From: Octopus sinensis
Taxonomy: Eukaryota
Reading direction: 5' to 3'
NCBI RefSeq assembly: GCF_006345805.1
Contig: NC_043016.1
Span: 29,388,001-29,452,000 of the forward strand
DNA: 64,000 bases
Part shown: positions 24,093 to 36,911 of the stretch, in pieces
How positions within the stretch are numbered: position 1 is the stretch's first letter
Layout of the letters: every line of letters begins with the position of its first letter
Translations under genes and position numbers: made by a program
Notes under the pieces: model-generated
Told to the model about the DNA's origin: nothing
Database searches by the model: none
The model's input: the letters and a program-made list of their open reading frames with translations, nothing else

Positions 24093-25419
24093 ACTATTAT
24101 CATCATCATCATCATCTAACGTTCATGTTTCATTGTAGTAAGAGTTGGATTGTTTGTCAGGAGCAAATGGGTTCAAGGAATGAATTGAGCTCCAATGTCT
24201 GCTTTGACACGGTTTCTGCAGCTAGATACCTTTCCTAACTCCAACCACTTTATAGACTGTACTAGAGCTTTTTTTTCATGCATACGTAAATCCTTAAAAA
24301 GAAACATACATACATACATACATACATGCTTACATGTAAACCTACAAGTATACATATGTGCATAGAAGTATACACATCCTGTTAGTGTTGACTGAACTCG
24401 CGTAAAAGACTCTTTGTTTATATAGTTAGAAAATGGCTTCTGTTCATTGGTGAGAAATTAAAAAGATAAAAACCAGGATACATGTCTATATTTATCTATA
24501 TATTTCTCTTTCCCTACTTATCTATCTTCGTCTGTATCTATGTCTAGCTATCTACACACACACACATACATACATATACACACATACGCATACACACGTA
24601 CGTGGACAGCTTATGCCCATGCGCTCACAATTTATTAACGTTCGTATGTGTGGATGAAATAAGGACATGCTTTTCAAATGTAGCATTATATATATACCCT
24701 GTTCGATGTAAATAGGGGAAACCACTCTTTTCTTATCAGGCAAAAACTGATGGACAAAAGAAGCAGAGAAATTTCTATGTCAAACATAACATTAGAGTGA
24801 TGCCCCCTATTTTTATAAACTTAAAAAGTAGACGTAGTTATCTCTATTTATTCTTTATTTCATCGTGGGTAGGACATGCTGTATTGTCGTCCCCAATTAT
24901 GCTACATGATAACGAGGAGCAGGAAGCTAAGTCTCGAAGAATATCTGTCTAGAAAGGAGTATACGTGCACACACTCACATACACGTACACACACATTCAT
25001 TAAATGTGACAACGAAAGGGCGGGAGAAGATACTTTTACCCGCGTCTAAAGAAGGAAGTTATGCTTTAAAATGTCGCCTATAGTTAATCCTGTGAAGTGT
25101 TCAAAGACTTTTAGCCGAAAAATTCGTTTTAAGAAAATAAGAAATATAGCACAATGTAATCCGCAATGTTTAATGTAACCATATATATATAAAGTGTTTT
25201 CGTCCTTTACTGAATATGTGAAATATGTATGTGTGCTTATATATATATATATACATACACACACATATATATGAATGCCTGTATGTCTTCGTTCCTAAAT
25301 ATGCGTGTGTATATACAGGGCCATTAGTTTCGTTATGGCGTTGCTGTAGATAAATGTTACAGCCTTCATTTTACTATATCCAGGACACGTATGAATTTTG
25401 TATGCCTATATCTAACTAC

Positions 25420-25468
<49 letters not shown>

Positions 25469-25969
25469 GGATCATATATATGTATGTATGTATGTATATA
25501 TATATGGTATGCGTGTGTGTGTAAAGAAAACATCCGATGCATTTTTTTTTTTGCAACCATATTGAAACTCCTAACAAAACACTTGCAAGAATTATGAGGA
25601 GGAAATCTGTAAAACACGTGAGATTTTATTGCAGAGTAATGATTGTTTATTTTAATATCAATCATCAGAATTTGCCTCGTCTGTAAAATATAACGACACA
25701 CTCTTGATAGAATTCGTTGTTTGGCAATCCTTCTAACAAAAACATGAAATTCGCGTCTCTCTCTCTCTTTCTCTCTCTGTATATATATATATATATATGA
25801 AGACCGACAGTGGGAATAAACTATGGTGTGTAGAAACGGGAGGGAAAAGTAAATTTACAAGTGAAAGATTGACATATCCGCAACTATAATTCTGCAACAC
25901 GCACATAATGATATATGTGTGTGTGTATGTATTTTAATATATGTATATATAATAATATATGTAATATTA

Positions 25970-26160
25970 GGGGGCTTAAGATAAAAGAAAACAGTAGGAT
26001 CAGTTAATTATGATTTTATTCAACCTATTTCCTTCTCAGATTCACACACTCATTGCAGCGGTCTTTCAGTTTCCTAAGCCCTGTAAAAGAACTCAGGAGG
26101 TTTGGCCTTCAGCCAGGCCTTTTGCGAAACCCTTAAAGCCAGGAACTTTTCAGCACCAGG
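25970..26160 (-). mobile_element. Mariner-derived short element (3' end)
   Basis: Minus strand GGTGCTGAAAAGTTCCTGGCTTT...LKDRCNECVNLRRK*VE, resembling a mariner C-terminus. Confidence 0.6.
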
Positions 26161-26904
26161 ACCATGTACTGAAATAGCGTAGAGTTCAAAAGGCCCTCAT
26201 CTTTTCAATGCTTTGGCTGTATGGTAAGAAGCTTGTCTCCCAACCACATGGTTCCGGGTTCAGTCCCGCTGCATGCTACATTGGGCATGTGCCTTTTATA
26301 GATTTGGACCAACCAAAGGCTTGTGAGTGGATTTAATAGACAGACACTGAAAGAAGCCTGTCGCATACACACACATACATACACGCGCGCGCATACACAG
26401 TATATTAGGTTCCAGTTGAATCAGACACTTAAATGGTAAGGCATTAGGTCAGGTCAAAATTAAGATGCACAAGCAGCAACTATAGACGAATACAATCGTT
26501 GGTACTGAAGAAATGTTCCTAATACGATGGTTCATGTACTCATCTGAAGAAAACGCTTTCTTTTTATAATGACACTAGCAGGGATACCCGACGTTGCTCT
26601 GGAATAAAATGTATAGCTTTTTTACTGTTTTACTTATTTCAGTCATGTGAGGCGGCATTGCTGGTGCACCACCTTTAGCCGAACGAATCGACTCCAGGAT
26701 GTATTCTTTGTAAGCCTAGTACTTATTCTATCAGTGTCTTTTGCTGAACTGCTAGATTATGGGGATGTAAACACAGCAACTTCAGTTGTCAACCAATGGT
26801 GGGAGTACAAACACAGACACACTCACTTATACGACAATCTTCTTTCAGTGTCCGTGTACAAAATCCACTTACAAGCCTTTGGTCAGCTTCAGGCTATGGT
26901 GATG

Positions 26905-27245
26905 ATCATCATCATCGTTTAACGTCCGCTTTCCATGCTAGCATGGGTTGGACAATTTGACTGAGGACTGGCGAACCAGATGGCTGCACCAGGCTCCAAT
27001 CTTTATGTGGCAGAGTTTCTACAGCTGGATGCCCTTCCTAACGCCAACTACTCCGAGAGTGTAGTGGTTACATTTATGTGCCACTGGCATGAGGCCCAGT
27101 CAAGTGGTACTGGCAACGGCCACACTCAAATGGTGTTTTTTACATGCCACCTGCACAGGAGCCAGTCCAGCAGCACTGGCAATGACCTCACTCGAATGTT
27201 TTTTCACGTGCTACCGGCACAAGTGCCAGTAAGACAACGCTGGTG
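26905..27245 (-). mobile_element. RTE-type 3'UTR repeat
   Basis: CATCATCGTTTAACGTCCGCTTTCC start with internal tandem units. Confidence 0.85.
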
Positions 27246-27297
27246 ATATATATATATATAAATGGAGTTAAACGCAGGTGTTATTCAAATTCTTTTA

Positions 27298-27385
27298 CTT
27301 CCGACATATGTTTTGAAGACAACATTGGTATTATTCCAAAGGAATAAAATGGTGCAAAACTATGTAATCTTCTCATCAGGGAAAG
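27298..27385 (-). ncRNA. Hammerhead motif, same family as 58689-58746, G12->A
   Basis: Minus strand: UUUCC-CUGAUGA-GAAGA...UCUUC-AAAAC(AUAU)GUC-GGAAG. Confidence 0.7.
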
Positions 27386-28152
27386 AAAGAAAGAAACCAA
27401 ACTCAACAATAAGACATTTTAACAATTTGATGGATGTGTATAATGATGAACAGAAAGCTATTAAGTTTTTTTAAAAACCGTTAAAAGATATTACGTCAAA
27501 GGTAGCCTATAGAAAGAGAAGGGGTTAAGGAAAGAAATAAGCAGAAACCTAATAAAGGAGAAATAGCGGTATCTGAATTAAAATAAAAGCTTAAAGGCTT
27601 GGAAATAGACCTGCATTTAACATCATCTATTTATTTACATATATTATACAAAATATTTCACATCAACCCAAAGTTTCTACCTTTACAAACAGGATGCTAC
27701 TTCCTTATTATTTGTGTGATCTTTTTGCTGCCCTGGTAACTGTTTATTTATTTTTACTGTGTCAATTGTAAACAAGGGAAAATACATACATCCATTTGTA
27801 TATATAATATATGTAAATTAGAGAAAAACCACTATTATGTAATTCAAACAATGATAGACATATGCCGAATCATAAAGAAAAAATAGAATATATTATAAAA
27901 CATATAACTAGATCAGAAAAAGTACAAAAAAATGAATAAATAATATACAATAAGTAAAAAGACTATGTACATTTCATGGCTATAACTTCATTTTGAATTA
28001 CAATTAAATTTGAATTTAATAAAAAAACAATTCAATTTAAAAGTATAGTCACTCCTCAGGTCAACAATAATAGCTAAATATATAAATAGAATTAAACAAT
28101 ATTTCTTGAATTATGGGCTAGGAAGGATACTAGGGACCATTTTGATATATGC

Positions 28153-28183
<31 letters not shown>

Positions 28184-28504
28184 TGCACGCACTCTCTCAC
28201 TTTCTCCCCATTCCTCACCCTCTTTTACTATCCTATATCTCTCTCCACCCCTACACACTCAATAATACTATAAAAAGAGGCGAATCTCCTAAAAAAATTC
28301 AAATCTGAAGAATCCAAGTGCTAATATATGATTTATAAAAACATGTGACATATTAATAAAAATCTGTAAATATAAAACCATCCAGATTTCTGAGTACTTT
28401 ATTTCTTCTAATATATAATACCTGTACATCACCTCCAAACCTTCTAATATATATATACACACACATATATATACATATATATATACATACATACATAAAT
28501 AAAT

Positions 28505-29820
28505 ATATCATCATCATTGTTTTACGTCCGTTTTCCATGCTGGCATGGGTTGGACAGTTTGACTGGGGTCTGGGAAGCCAGGAGGCTGCACCAGGCCCCA
28601 ATCTGATCTTGTAGTGTTTCTACAGCTGGATGCCCTTCCTAATGCCAACCACTCCAAGAGTGTAGTGGAAGCTTAGCTTTTTACGTGCCACCAGCACAAG
28701 GGGCCAGAGGAGCTGGCATCAACCATGATCAGATGGTTCTTTTCATGTGCCACCAGCACAGAAGCCAGTCAAGGCAGCACTGGCATTGGCCATGTTCGGA
28801 TGGTGCTTTTTACATTCTACCAGCACAGGGCTCACCACTACAATTTCCATTTGATTTGATTTTGATATTGCTGATGTTGATGTACTTGACTCAATAGGTC
28901 TCCTCAAGCATGGCATGTTGCCCTACAATCCAAGGTACTTTTGAATGGGCTGGTTATGTGATGCTGGTGTAGGTTACAGCTGTGTACTCATTTTATTTGC
29001 TGGGTCTTCTCAGTCACAGCATACCTCCAGAGGTCTCAGGCTTTTGTCATTGCCTCTGAGAAGCCCAACATTCGAAGGTCATGCTTCACCACCTCATCCC
29101 ATGTCTTCCTGGGTCTCCCTCTACCCCGGATTCCTTCCACTGTTCGGGAGTGGCACTTCTTCACACAGCTCTCCTCATCCATCTGCAGTACATGACCATA
29201 CCAATGCAAATGTCTCTCTTGCACTTCACATCTGATGCTTCTTATGTCTACCATTTCTCTCAGGACACTTACACTCTGTTGTGTGTGCACACTGACATAC
29301 ACATCCAGTGGATCATGCTAGCTTCATTTCTTTCGAGCCTACATATGTCTTCGGCAGTCACGGCCCATGTTTCACTGCTGTGAAGCATGGCAGTTCACAC
29401 ACATGCATCATACAATATACTTTTCACTCTGAGTGAGAGGCCCTTTGTCACCAGTAGCAGTAGAAGCTTTCTAAACTTTGCCCAGGCTATTCTTATTCTA
29501 GTGGTAACACTCTCTTAGCATCCGCCCCCCCCCCCCACTACAAACTTGGTTGCCTAGGTAGTGGAAGCTATCAACAACTTCTAGTTCCTCCCCCTGGCAT
29601 GTGATGGAGTCTGTTTTCTGAGCATCTGCTACACGTGATGCCTTTGTGCATCTGTTACACATGAAAGCTATCTTCCCAGTTAATCTTCCTTTGATGTTGC
29701 TGCACGTCTTACGTGTCCATAGCTTACACTGGGTACCTCTTATGAATTTCTACCTACACTTTTTCTACAGATCAAGCAGGGCATATCAGTAACTAACCAG
29801 TACTTTCATAGGATTTTGCT
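28505..29820 (-). mobile_element. RTE LINE 3' portion (ORF remnant plus 3'UTR)
   Basis: RCEVQERHLHWYGHVLQMDEESCVKKCHSRTVEGIRGRGRPRKTWDEVVKHDLRMLG, then the 3'UTR repeat ending in (GAT)n. Confidence 0.88.
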
Positions 29821-29867
29821 ATCCCTGAATGAGGTTGTAACCTTTATTTAGTGCTTATGTATACATA

Positions 29868-29903
<36 letters not shown>

Positions 29904-29957
29904 TGTATGTATATATATTGTATATATATATATATATATATATTATATATCTATATA

Positions 29958-30019
<62 letters not shown>

Positions 30020-30254
30020 TGTTTGTGGCTGTTTCAATCCTCCACCCCCACTGTTTGATAACTGATGTTGGTGTATTTACGTCCTCATAACTTAGCCGTT
30101 TGGTAAAAAAGAAAAATAGAACGTGTAAGTACCAGGCTTACAAGAAAAATAAGTACCACAACCAAATCATTTAACTAAAAAATTTTTTAAGGTGTTGCAC
30201 CAGTATGGCCACAATTTAATGATTGAAACAAGTAGAAGACAAAAAAGGTAATCT

Positions 30255-30535
30255 TACACAATGTGGATGTGTTCAAAAAGTAACTGGATATTCTGCTATC
30301 CACAGTACCGGATAAATCAACATCTTAACATATAAGTACAAAAGAGGGCAGCCGTGTCAAACTCCCTCAAACAAAAAATGAGCCAATGACGAGGGTAAAA
30401 GCAATTACATGGATAGTTATGTGGAATGTCACCACCCTGAAAAGGTCAGTCAAAATTAGAAAGCTTTAAGAAAGGTACAAAATCACTGTGGTGCTCCAGA
30501 ATGACTGCAGCCATATCGCTGAAATGGATAAAAGA
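30255..30535 (+). mobile_element. 3' fragment of the CR1-like LINE family seen at 59410-63357
   Basis: KLDILLSTVPD...AAVSNSL-like ORF end and a GGTGCTCCAG...CTGAAA tail. Confidence 0.55.
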
Positions 30536-31983
30536 AATGTGTGTGTGTGTGTGTGTGTGTGTGATAATCATCATCATCATTTAACATCCACCTTCCATGT
30601 TGACATGGGTAGGATGGTTTGACAGGAGCCAACCAAGCAGAAGCCTGCACCAGACTTCTGTGACTGTTTTGGCAGGATTTTTACAGCTGGATGCCCTTAG
30701 CAGAGTGGACTTAGTGCTATTTATGTGACACAAGCACAGGCGAGGTGAGTTTTGAGAAAGATTTCACAGCAGGATGCCCTTCCAAAAGCCAAATACTTAA
30801 CAGTGTGGACTGGACGCTTTTTAAGTGGCACCTGCACTGACAGGGTCACCAAGTACCTTACAAGACGAAAAAATCTTTTGAGAGGAAAGGGGGCATTGGA
30901 GGAGGTGATCTTGTGTCAGATGATGAAAGGTTATAATGTGACTGAGAGACAGAAGCAGGTGTCTTGCTGTAGTAGAGGAGGTACAAGGTAACCTGGCTGG
31001 TGAGAGAAAGAGAGAGGGATCAAGAATGAAGACAGAAACAGGTGTGCTACTGCAAAGGTGATACGTGGTTACCCAGGAAGTGGGAACTACTGAGAGAAGA
31101 GCAAGAGAAGGAGAGAGAGAGAGAGAGTGGAAGACAGCAGGATAGAGATGGTGGCAAAGTGCCGACCATACTTACAAGAAATGGGGATCAGAATATAAAT
31201 GGGTTAGTTGAGTAAAGGAAGAGAGAGATACAGATGGTTACAAGTGTCAAGGCATAACCTTGAGGTTCAAATGCCATAATATAAGTGGCAGGATATTGTA
31301 AAGGGAATGTGATTATAGAGTGTGAGTATGTGGCGAAAGACCTGGGTATATATAGAGTTGGAGGGGCTATTGGATAGCAATGATACAAGAAAACAGGACC
31401 ATGAGGGCAGGATTGGGGAGTGAGAGGTAGGCATAGTGTATGAAAGAGGAAAAGTGAGGAAGAGAAGAGATGAGGAGATGTAGATTGGTTTTTTGGGGTA
31501 GGGTGTGTGAAAAGTTCTCTTGTTTTGCATGGGTAGAACACACAGGTTTGGTCAAAAGGAGGTAGATACAGTTCTAGCACAGCACACTGCACCCTTGCGA
31601 GATGACATCTAGTGTACCACAATGATCCATTCTTGGACCCCTGTTGTTTGTTGCATATATTAATCACATAGCTGCAAACTTGAAGAATGTTACAGTATTG
31701 AAATATGCAGTATTGAAATAGGTGCAGGAGTGGCTGTGTGGTAAGTAGCTTGCTTTCCACACAACCACATGGTTCTGGGTTCAGTCCCACTGCGTGGTAC
31801 CTTGGGCAAGTGTCTTCTACTATAGCCTCGGGCTGACCAAAGCCTTGCGAGTGGATTTGTTAGATGGAAACTGAAAGAAGCCTCTCATATATATGTGTAT
31901 GTATATATATTGCCATGTTGATTCGTTAGCTACTGCACGCATTTTTTTCTCTCCTTCTTTCTGTGTTTTTCTCTCTCTGTGTA

Positions 31984-32021
31984 TCTTTCTGTTGAAGAGC
32001 GTAGGCTCGAAACGTTAAAGA
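31984..32021 (+). ncRNA. Minimal hammerhead-like motif in a Penelope-type terminal repeat (A6->U)
   Basis: UCUUU-CUGUUGA-A-GAGC(GUAG)GCUC-GAAAC-GUU-AAAGA; stem I 5 bp, stem II 4 bp, zero-loop ACGU stem III. Confidence 0.6.
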
Positions 32022-32118
32022 CTTGTTTTATTTATATTTCCTGAGCGCCATACTAATACAATTGTTCGTTTGTTTTCCACCTGCCTTCGTCTTTTGTTTA
32101 TTTTCATAAAGCTTCCCG

Positions 32119-32149
<31 letters not shown>

Positions 32150-32155
<6 letters not shown>

Positions 32156-33640
32156 GCCGTTCCTCAAACACATTAAAAGCTACATAAGGGACGATCTAGA
32201 TATGCTCAACCACCTCCCCAATACACTTCTTGCTGAACAAACCCTGCTAGTAACATTCGATGTAGTCAATCTTTACTCCAACATCCCCCACAACCTAGGA
32301 ATAGAAGCTATCCAATTCTGGCTGGATAATTACTCCAACGAACTCCCCACACCGCATCAAAAAGGAATTTATTTTAGAAGGACTCAAATTCATCTTAGAG
32401 ATAATTTTCTTCACCTTCAACAACAAATTCTACAGACAGAAATCAGGGACGGCAATGGAACGAAAACAGCTCCCCCTTACGCCAACTTAGTCATGGGATA
32501 CCTGGAAATCACCCTCTATAATAACGTTCTAACCATTTGGCACCACTCTCCACACACACATAGAGAAGAACTGAAGAGATATCTTGATGACTGCTTCATC
32601 CTTTGGCCCGAAAACCGTCGAGAAGCTTAACGAATTTCACACTCTTATAAATGGGCTCAACACAAACATTATTTTCACAATGGAATACAGCCCTCAACAA
32701 ATTCCCCTTCCTCGACATCCTCATTAAAATTCACAACAAAAAAATAGAAACAGACATATACTACAAGCCCACAGACTCCAAGCAATACCTCCCTTTCAAT
32801 TCATGCCACCCTAGACACGTTAAAATTAACATTCCCTACCACTTAGCCAAGAAATTTGCACTATAGTCTCCAATAAAAACACCCGTCTCTTACGTCTACA
32901 AGAACTCAAGGGCACATTAACAAGCAGGGATTACCCCACGTCACTAATTGACAATGGGATCCAACGCGCCCTAAAACTCAGCACGCAGGAACTTAGACGC
33001 CCTAAACCTGTTACATCGAAACCCCATACTCTACCATACATCTCTACACACAACCCCCTCAACAATGAAGCTTTTGACACCATCCTCCAGAAATTCCTGT
33101 ATTACAAAAGGACCATAGAATGAACCAAATCCTCCTAACACACGAAATCATAAAGAGCAAAAGGCAACCCAAATCATTGAAAACCATCCTAACAATGCCA
33201 AAGTACTGCCAACCACAACAACTAAACCCACAGTAAACAAATGCAATAGACCCAACTGTGGTATATGCATCAACCTAATAGAAGGTCCGGAATTCCTTTT
33301 TAAACAAGGACAACGTTTCACAGTAAAACACAACTTCACATGCGCATCAGAAAACCTAGTATATGTCTTAACTTGCTCGGGCTGTAATGAACACTACATA
33401 GGCCAAACAAAAAATAGCCCCGCCAACGCATGACTGTCCACAGATCCCAAATAAAAATACAGGAATATAGAAAAATAGCATTTAGTGCACATATTGATAC
33501 CTGTGCCGCACAACTCCATCCCAATTTTAGAATCTTTCCCCTCTACAAATTTAAAGACAATGCCACTCATACCCAGCGAATAACCATGGAATCCCACCTT
33601 ATTAATAAATACAGACCACTTCTAAACACATGCCCCTAAC
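32150..33640 (+). mobile_element. Penelope-like retroelement ORF (RT + GIY-YIG endonuclease), 5'-truncated and frameshifted
   Basis: TFDVVNLYSNIPH, GTKTAPPYANLVMGYLE, RYLDDCFILW, FPFLDILI...TDIYYKPTD...FNSCHP, Cys linker KCNRPNCGIC, and NLVYVLTCSGCNEHYIGQT. The Cys-rich linker suggests the Neptune group (inference). Confidence 0.92.
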
Positions 33641-34471
33641 ACGAACCCACAACAAACACACTTACACCTGCACACACCCTCACACAACCCCTTTACCCAG
33701 ATATTAACACCATGACACACACAAATATATGTTCCACACATACACATAATTGAATATGGGTGCAAACCCCAACACTATTTTTTGGAAATGGCTGTAAATA
33801 TTGACTTCACACAAATACGTTGCTTCTTCCGATACAGGCACAAGGCCAGCAGAACTATAAATATTGAAAATTGTACCCACACACACACACATATATACAC
33901 GCCGCGCGCCCCAACATACATATAAACACACACGCGTGCGCGCGCACACACATACTATATACAGTACTCGCTCCCTGTTCTAAACGAACTTACTTATCCA
34001 GTCAAGCGGAAAATACACTCCCTAACTACGCGCTAAAAAGCTATTTAAAATATCCACATGACGTCTACTGACCAGCCGGAACAATAAGAATTTTCAACAA
34101 CACTATTTTCGAAAATTCTAAACATTCACGTGACCTCTTTATTATGGCCAATAAGAAATTTTAGGCGGGACACTAGCCAAATTTTAACTTCTCTGGAGCC
34201 TTTTTTCTTACCCCAACACCAACTTCCATTCAAACATTCATGTGACCCCTTCATAATAGCTGACCAATCAAATTAGGCGTGAAACCAAGCAAATCCAAAA
34301 CAACTCTGGAGCCTCTTTTTTTCACATATAAGAGACAGACTCTAATCTCTCTTTTATATTTTGATAAGCATAACAAATGCGCACCGGTAAAAAGAACTTT
34401 CACCTAATTAAATTACTTAAATTACTTCAATTATTTGTCAGCATTTTCTTCATTTCCTTTTTTATATATAC

Positions 34472-34505
<34 letters not shown>

Positions 34506-34769
34506 CTATTCTATAATGTGTGTGTGGTGTGTGTGTGTTGTGTGCATATGTTTGTGTGTCTGTGTTTGTCCCCCGAGCAATCGCTTGACAACCAATGCTG
34601 GTGTGTTTACAATCCCCGTAACTTAGCATTCGGCAAAAGAGACCAATAGAATAAGTAGTAGGCTTACAAAGAATAAGTCTTGGGGTCGATTTGCATGACT
34701 AAAGGTGGTGCTCCAGCATGGCCACAGTCAAATGACTGAATCAAGTAAAAGAGATGACATTAAGCATAT

Positions 34770-34950
34770 CTTGAGATAAAAAGAACACATCTTGTATGGT
34801 ATAGATCTCTTCTGCAATCAGACCTGGACACAATGCAGTAATGGATTACCAACTGCAACTCAAGCTTGATGTGGAGAAGTGTAACACCATGCATTTGGTG
34901 AGGAAAAAAATCTAGCTTTTTGCATACTCCCTTTACAACACCAATCTGGT
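34770..34950 (+). mobile_element. CR1 LINE internal fragment
   Basis: LQSDLDTMQ*WITNCNLKLDVEKCNTMH-like remnant across shifted frames. Confidence 0.6.
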
Positions 34951-36452
34951 GACCAATAGTGATGATGGTGGTAATGCCATTGCTGAAGATGATGACAATG
35001 ATGAGGACGATTATGAGGACAATTCTGATGGTAGCAAAAATTATTAGGTTGAATGGAAAGTCTCTAGTGGATAAGAGGTGGGGGAGAGGGTGATCAGAAA
35101 GTGAATGCTAGATTAGGATTAAACTGAGGTATGACCTAGTATGTAGAGTCAAGAGGTGAGGGCAGTGGGGGATGATGGTGATGGGGGGATAATTGCTAGG
35201 AATGTAAACAGTTTTAATACATATGGAATGCAGTGTATTCTGTTTAAGTGTAATGGACGAAGAGGTATGTATACAAAATATGAAGAGAATTTAAGATTTA
35301 AAAGTGAAATAGACAGATCAGTTCTGGACTTATGTATATAACAGTTTTAAGGAGGGTAAAAGAAATTCTATAAATTTTAATAGTATTAACGTTAAAGATA
35401 GTAATAATAATGGTGTTGGTGGTAGTGGTGGTGGTAATGGTGGTGGTGGTGGTGGTGGTAGGGCCAGTGTTGATGGTTGTAGCAATAGCAGCAGCAGCAA
35501 CAACAGCAACAGCAGTAGTAGTAATAGTATGGAATAATTTTGGAGAAAGATAATAGTGATGAGGATAAATGTTAATTTATGATAATAAATGATAATTCTT
35601 TCCGATTTTAGCATAAGGCCAGCAATTTTGAGGGCAGGGATAAGTCGATTATATCCTCTCCAGTCCTCAACTGATAATTATTTTATCAACCCTTAAAAAA
35701 AAATTGAAGGCAAAGTTGATCTTGGGCAGCATTTGAACTGAAAGCATAAAGAGCCAGAAGTAAAGATGTAGAGCATTTTATCTAGTGCAGTAACAATTCT
35801 TCCAGCTCGCCACCTTAATAATAATATTACATATGATAAAATGCAGTTGTGAATTAACCTGCAAATTTACAAAAACATGGCATGAAACTTTAGAAGAAAA
35901 GAGAATATCCATCAAGTGGCTACTATATAGTTTATACTCATTTAAGTAAAATCCGCACAAACAGTGACTGCAAAATATGCAAAACAAATCCAAAAATAGG
36001 CTGCAAAACTAAAGACATTGTGTACTGTATGAAACAAGTGGGGGCAATGTACAAACACTGTTACAAGCTACAAAGGAGGAGAGACATCACATAGCCTGTA
36101 TGAGGGAATAGCATGTGCACTGGAAGGAGTACAATGAATGGAAACAATCTCTGAGCAAATGTCTTCTATTATAGCTCCAGGTTGACCAATGCACCTTGAA
36201 GAAATTTGGTAAACACAAGTTATATGTAGCTAATCACACAAACGTGCGCGCACACACACACACACACACACATGTGCATGTGTACATATATACATGTGTG
36301 TGTGTGTGTAGATATATACACACACACACACATATATACACGCACAAGTGTATATGTATGTGTGTGTATATGCACACATACATATACATGTATATATATG
36401 TGTGTGTGTGTGCATATGTGTGTGTATATCTGTATATATATATATATATATC

Positions 36453-36678
36453 ATATTAAATTAGAGATAAAACCACTATTAGGCAAATCATACAATGAAA
36501 AACTTAAGCCAATACATAAGATTAATTAATTTATATCATTTTAAATATATATCAGAATTATTAAAAAAGATAATGATTCTGATATATATTTAAAAATAAT
36601 AAATAATTAATCTATGTATTGGGTTAAGTTTTTCATTGTATGATTTGCCTAATAGTGGTTTTATCTCTAATTTAATAT
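36453..36678. repeat. ~225-bp AT-rich fold-back palindrome
   Basis: Arms ATATTAAATTAGAGATAAAACCACTATTAGGCAAATCATACAATGAAAAACTTAA... and their reverse complement around a short central loop; a solo related arm lies at ~27810-27900. Confidence 0.85.
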
Positions 36679-36867
36679 AATATAATAAATTTTACTATAA
36701 AATGGATTCAATCCTAAATCTGATTTTTCCCTGTAAGTTTGGATTTATTCCCTAATATTTTTATTATATATATATATATATATATATTATACACACACAT
36801 ATATATACTTTATTATATATATATATATATTATACCACACATATATATACTTATATAAATATCATAA

Positions 36868-36911
36868 AAACTGTTACTTTGAGATTCATGTTCCCATTCG
36901 TCAGACAGTTT
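36868..36911 (-). ncRNA. Hammerhead motif (A15.1->U)
   Basis: Minus strand: AAACUGU-CUGACGA-AUG(GGAA)CAU-GAAUC(UCAAA)GUA-ACAGUUU; stem I 7 bp. Confidence 0.6.

Noticed and set aside
23834-24238. Cys/Val- and His/Thr-rich ORFs (also at 1486-1981, 16039-16779, 39160-39625, 56856-57180, 58943-59518)
   Set aside because: Stop-free frames of (TG)n, (TA)n and (TACA)n microsatellites.
35860-36200. CKICKTNPKIGCKTKDIVYCMK, possible second Penelope-like endonuclease relic
   Set aside because: Too decayed to call; only a Cys linker-like motif is visible.
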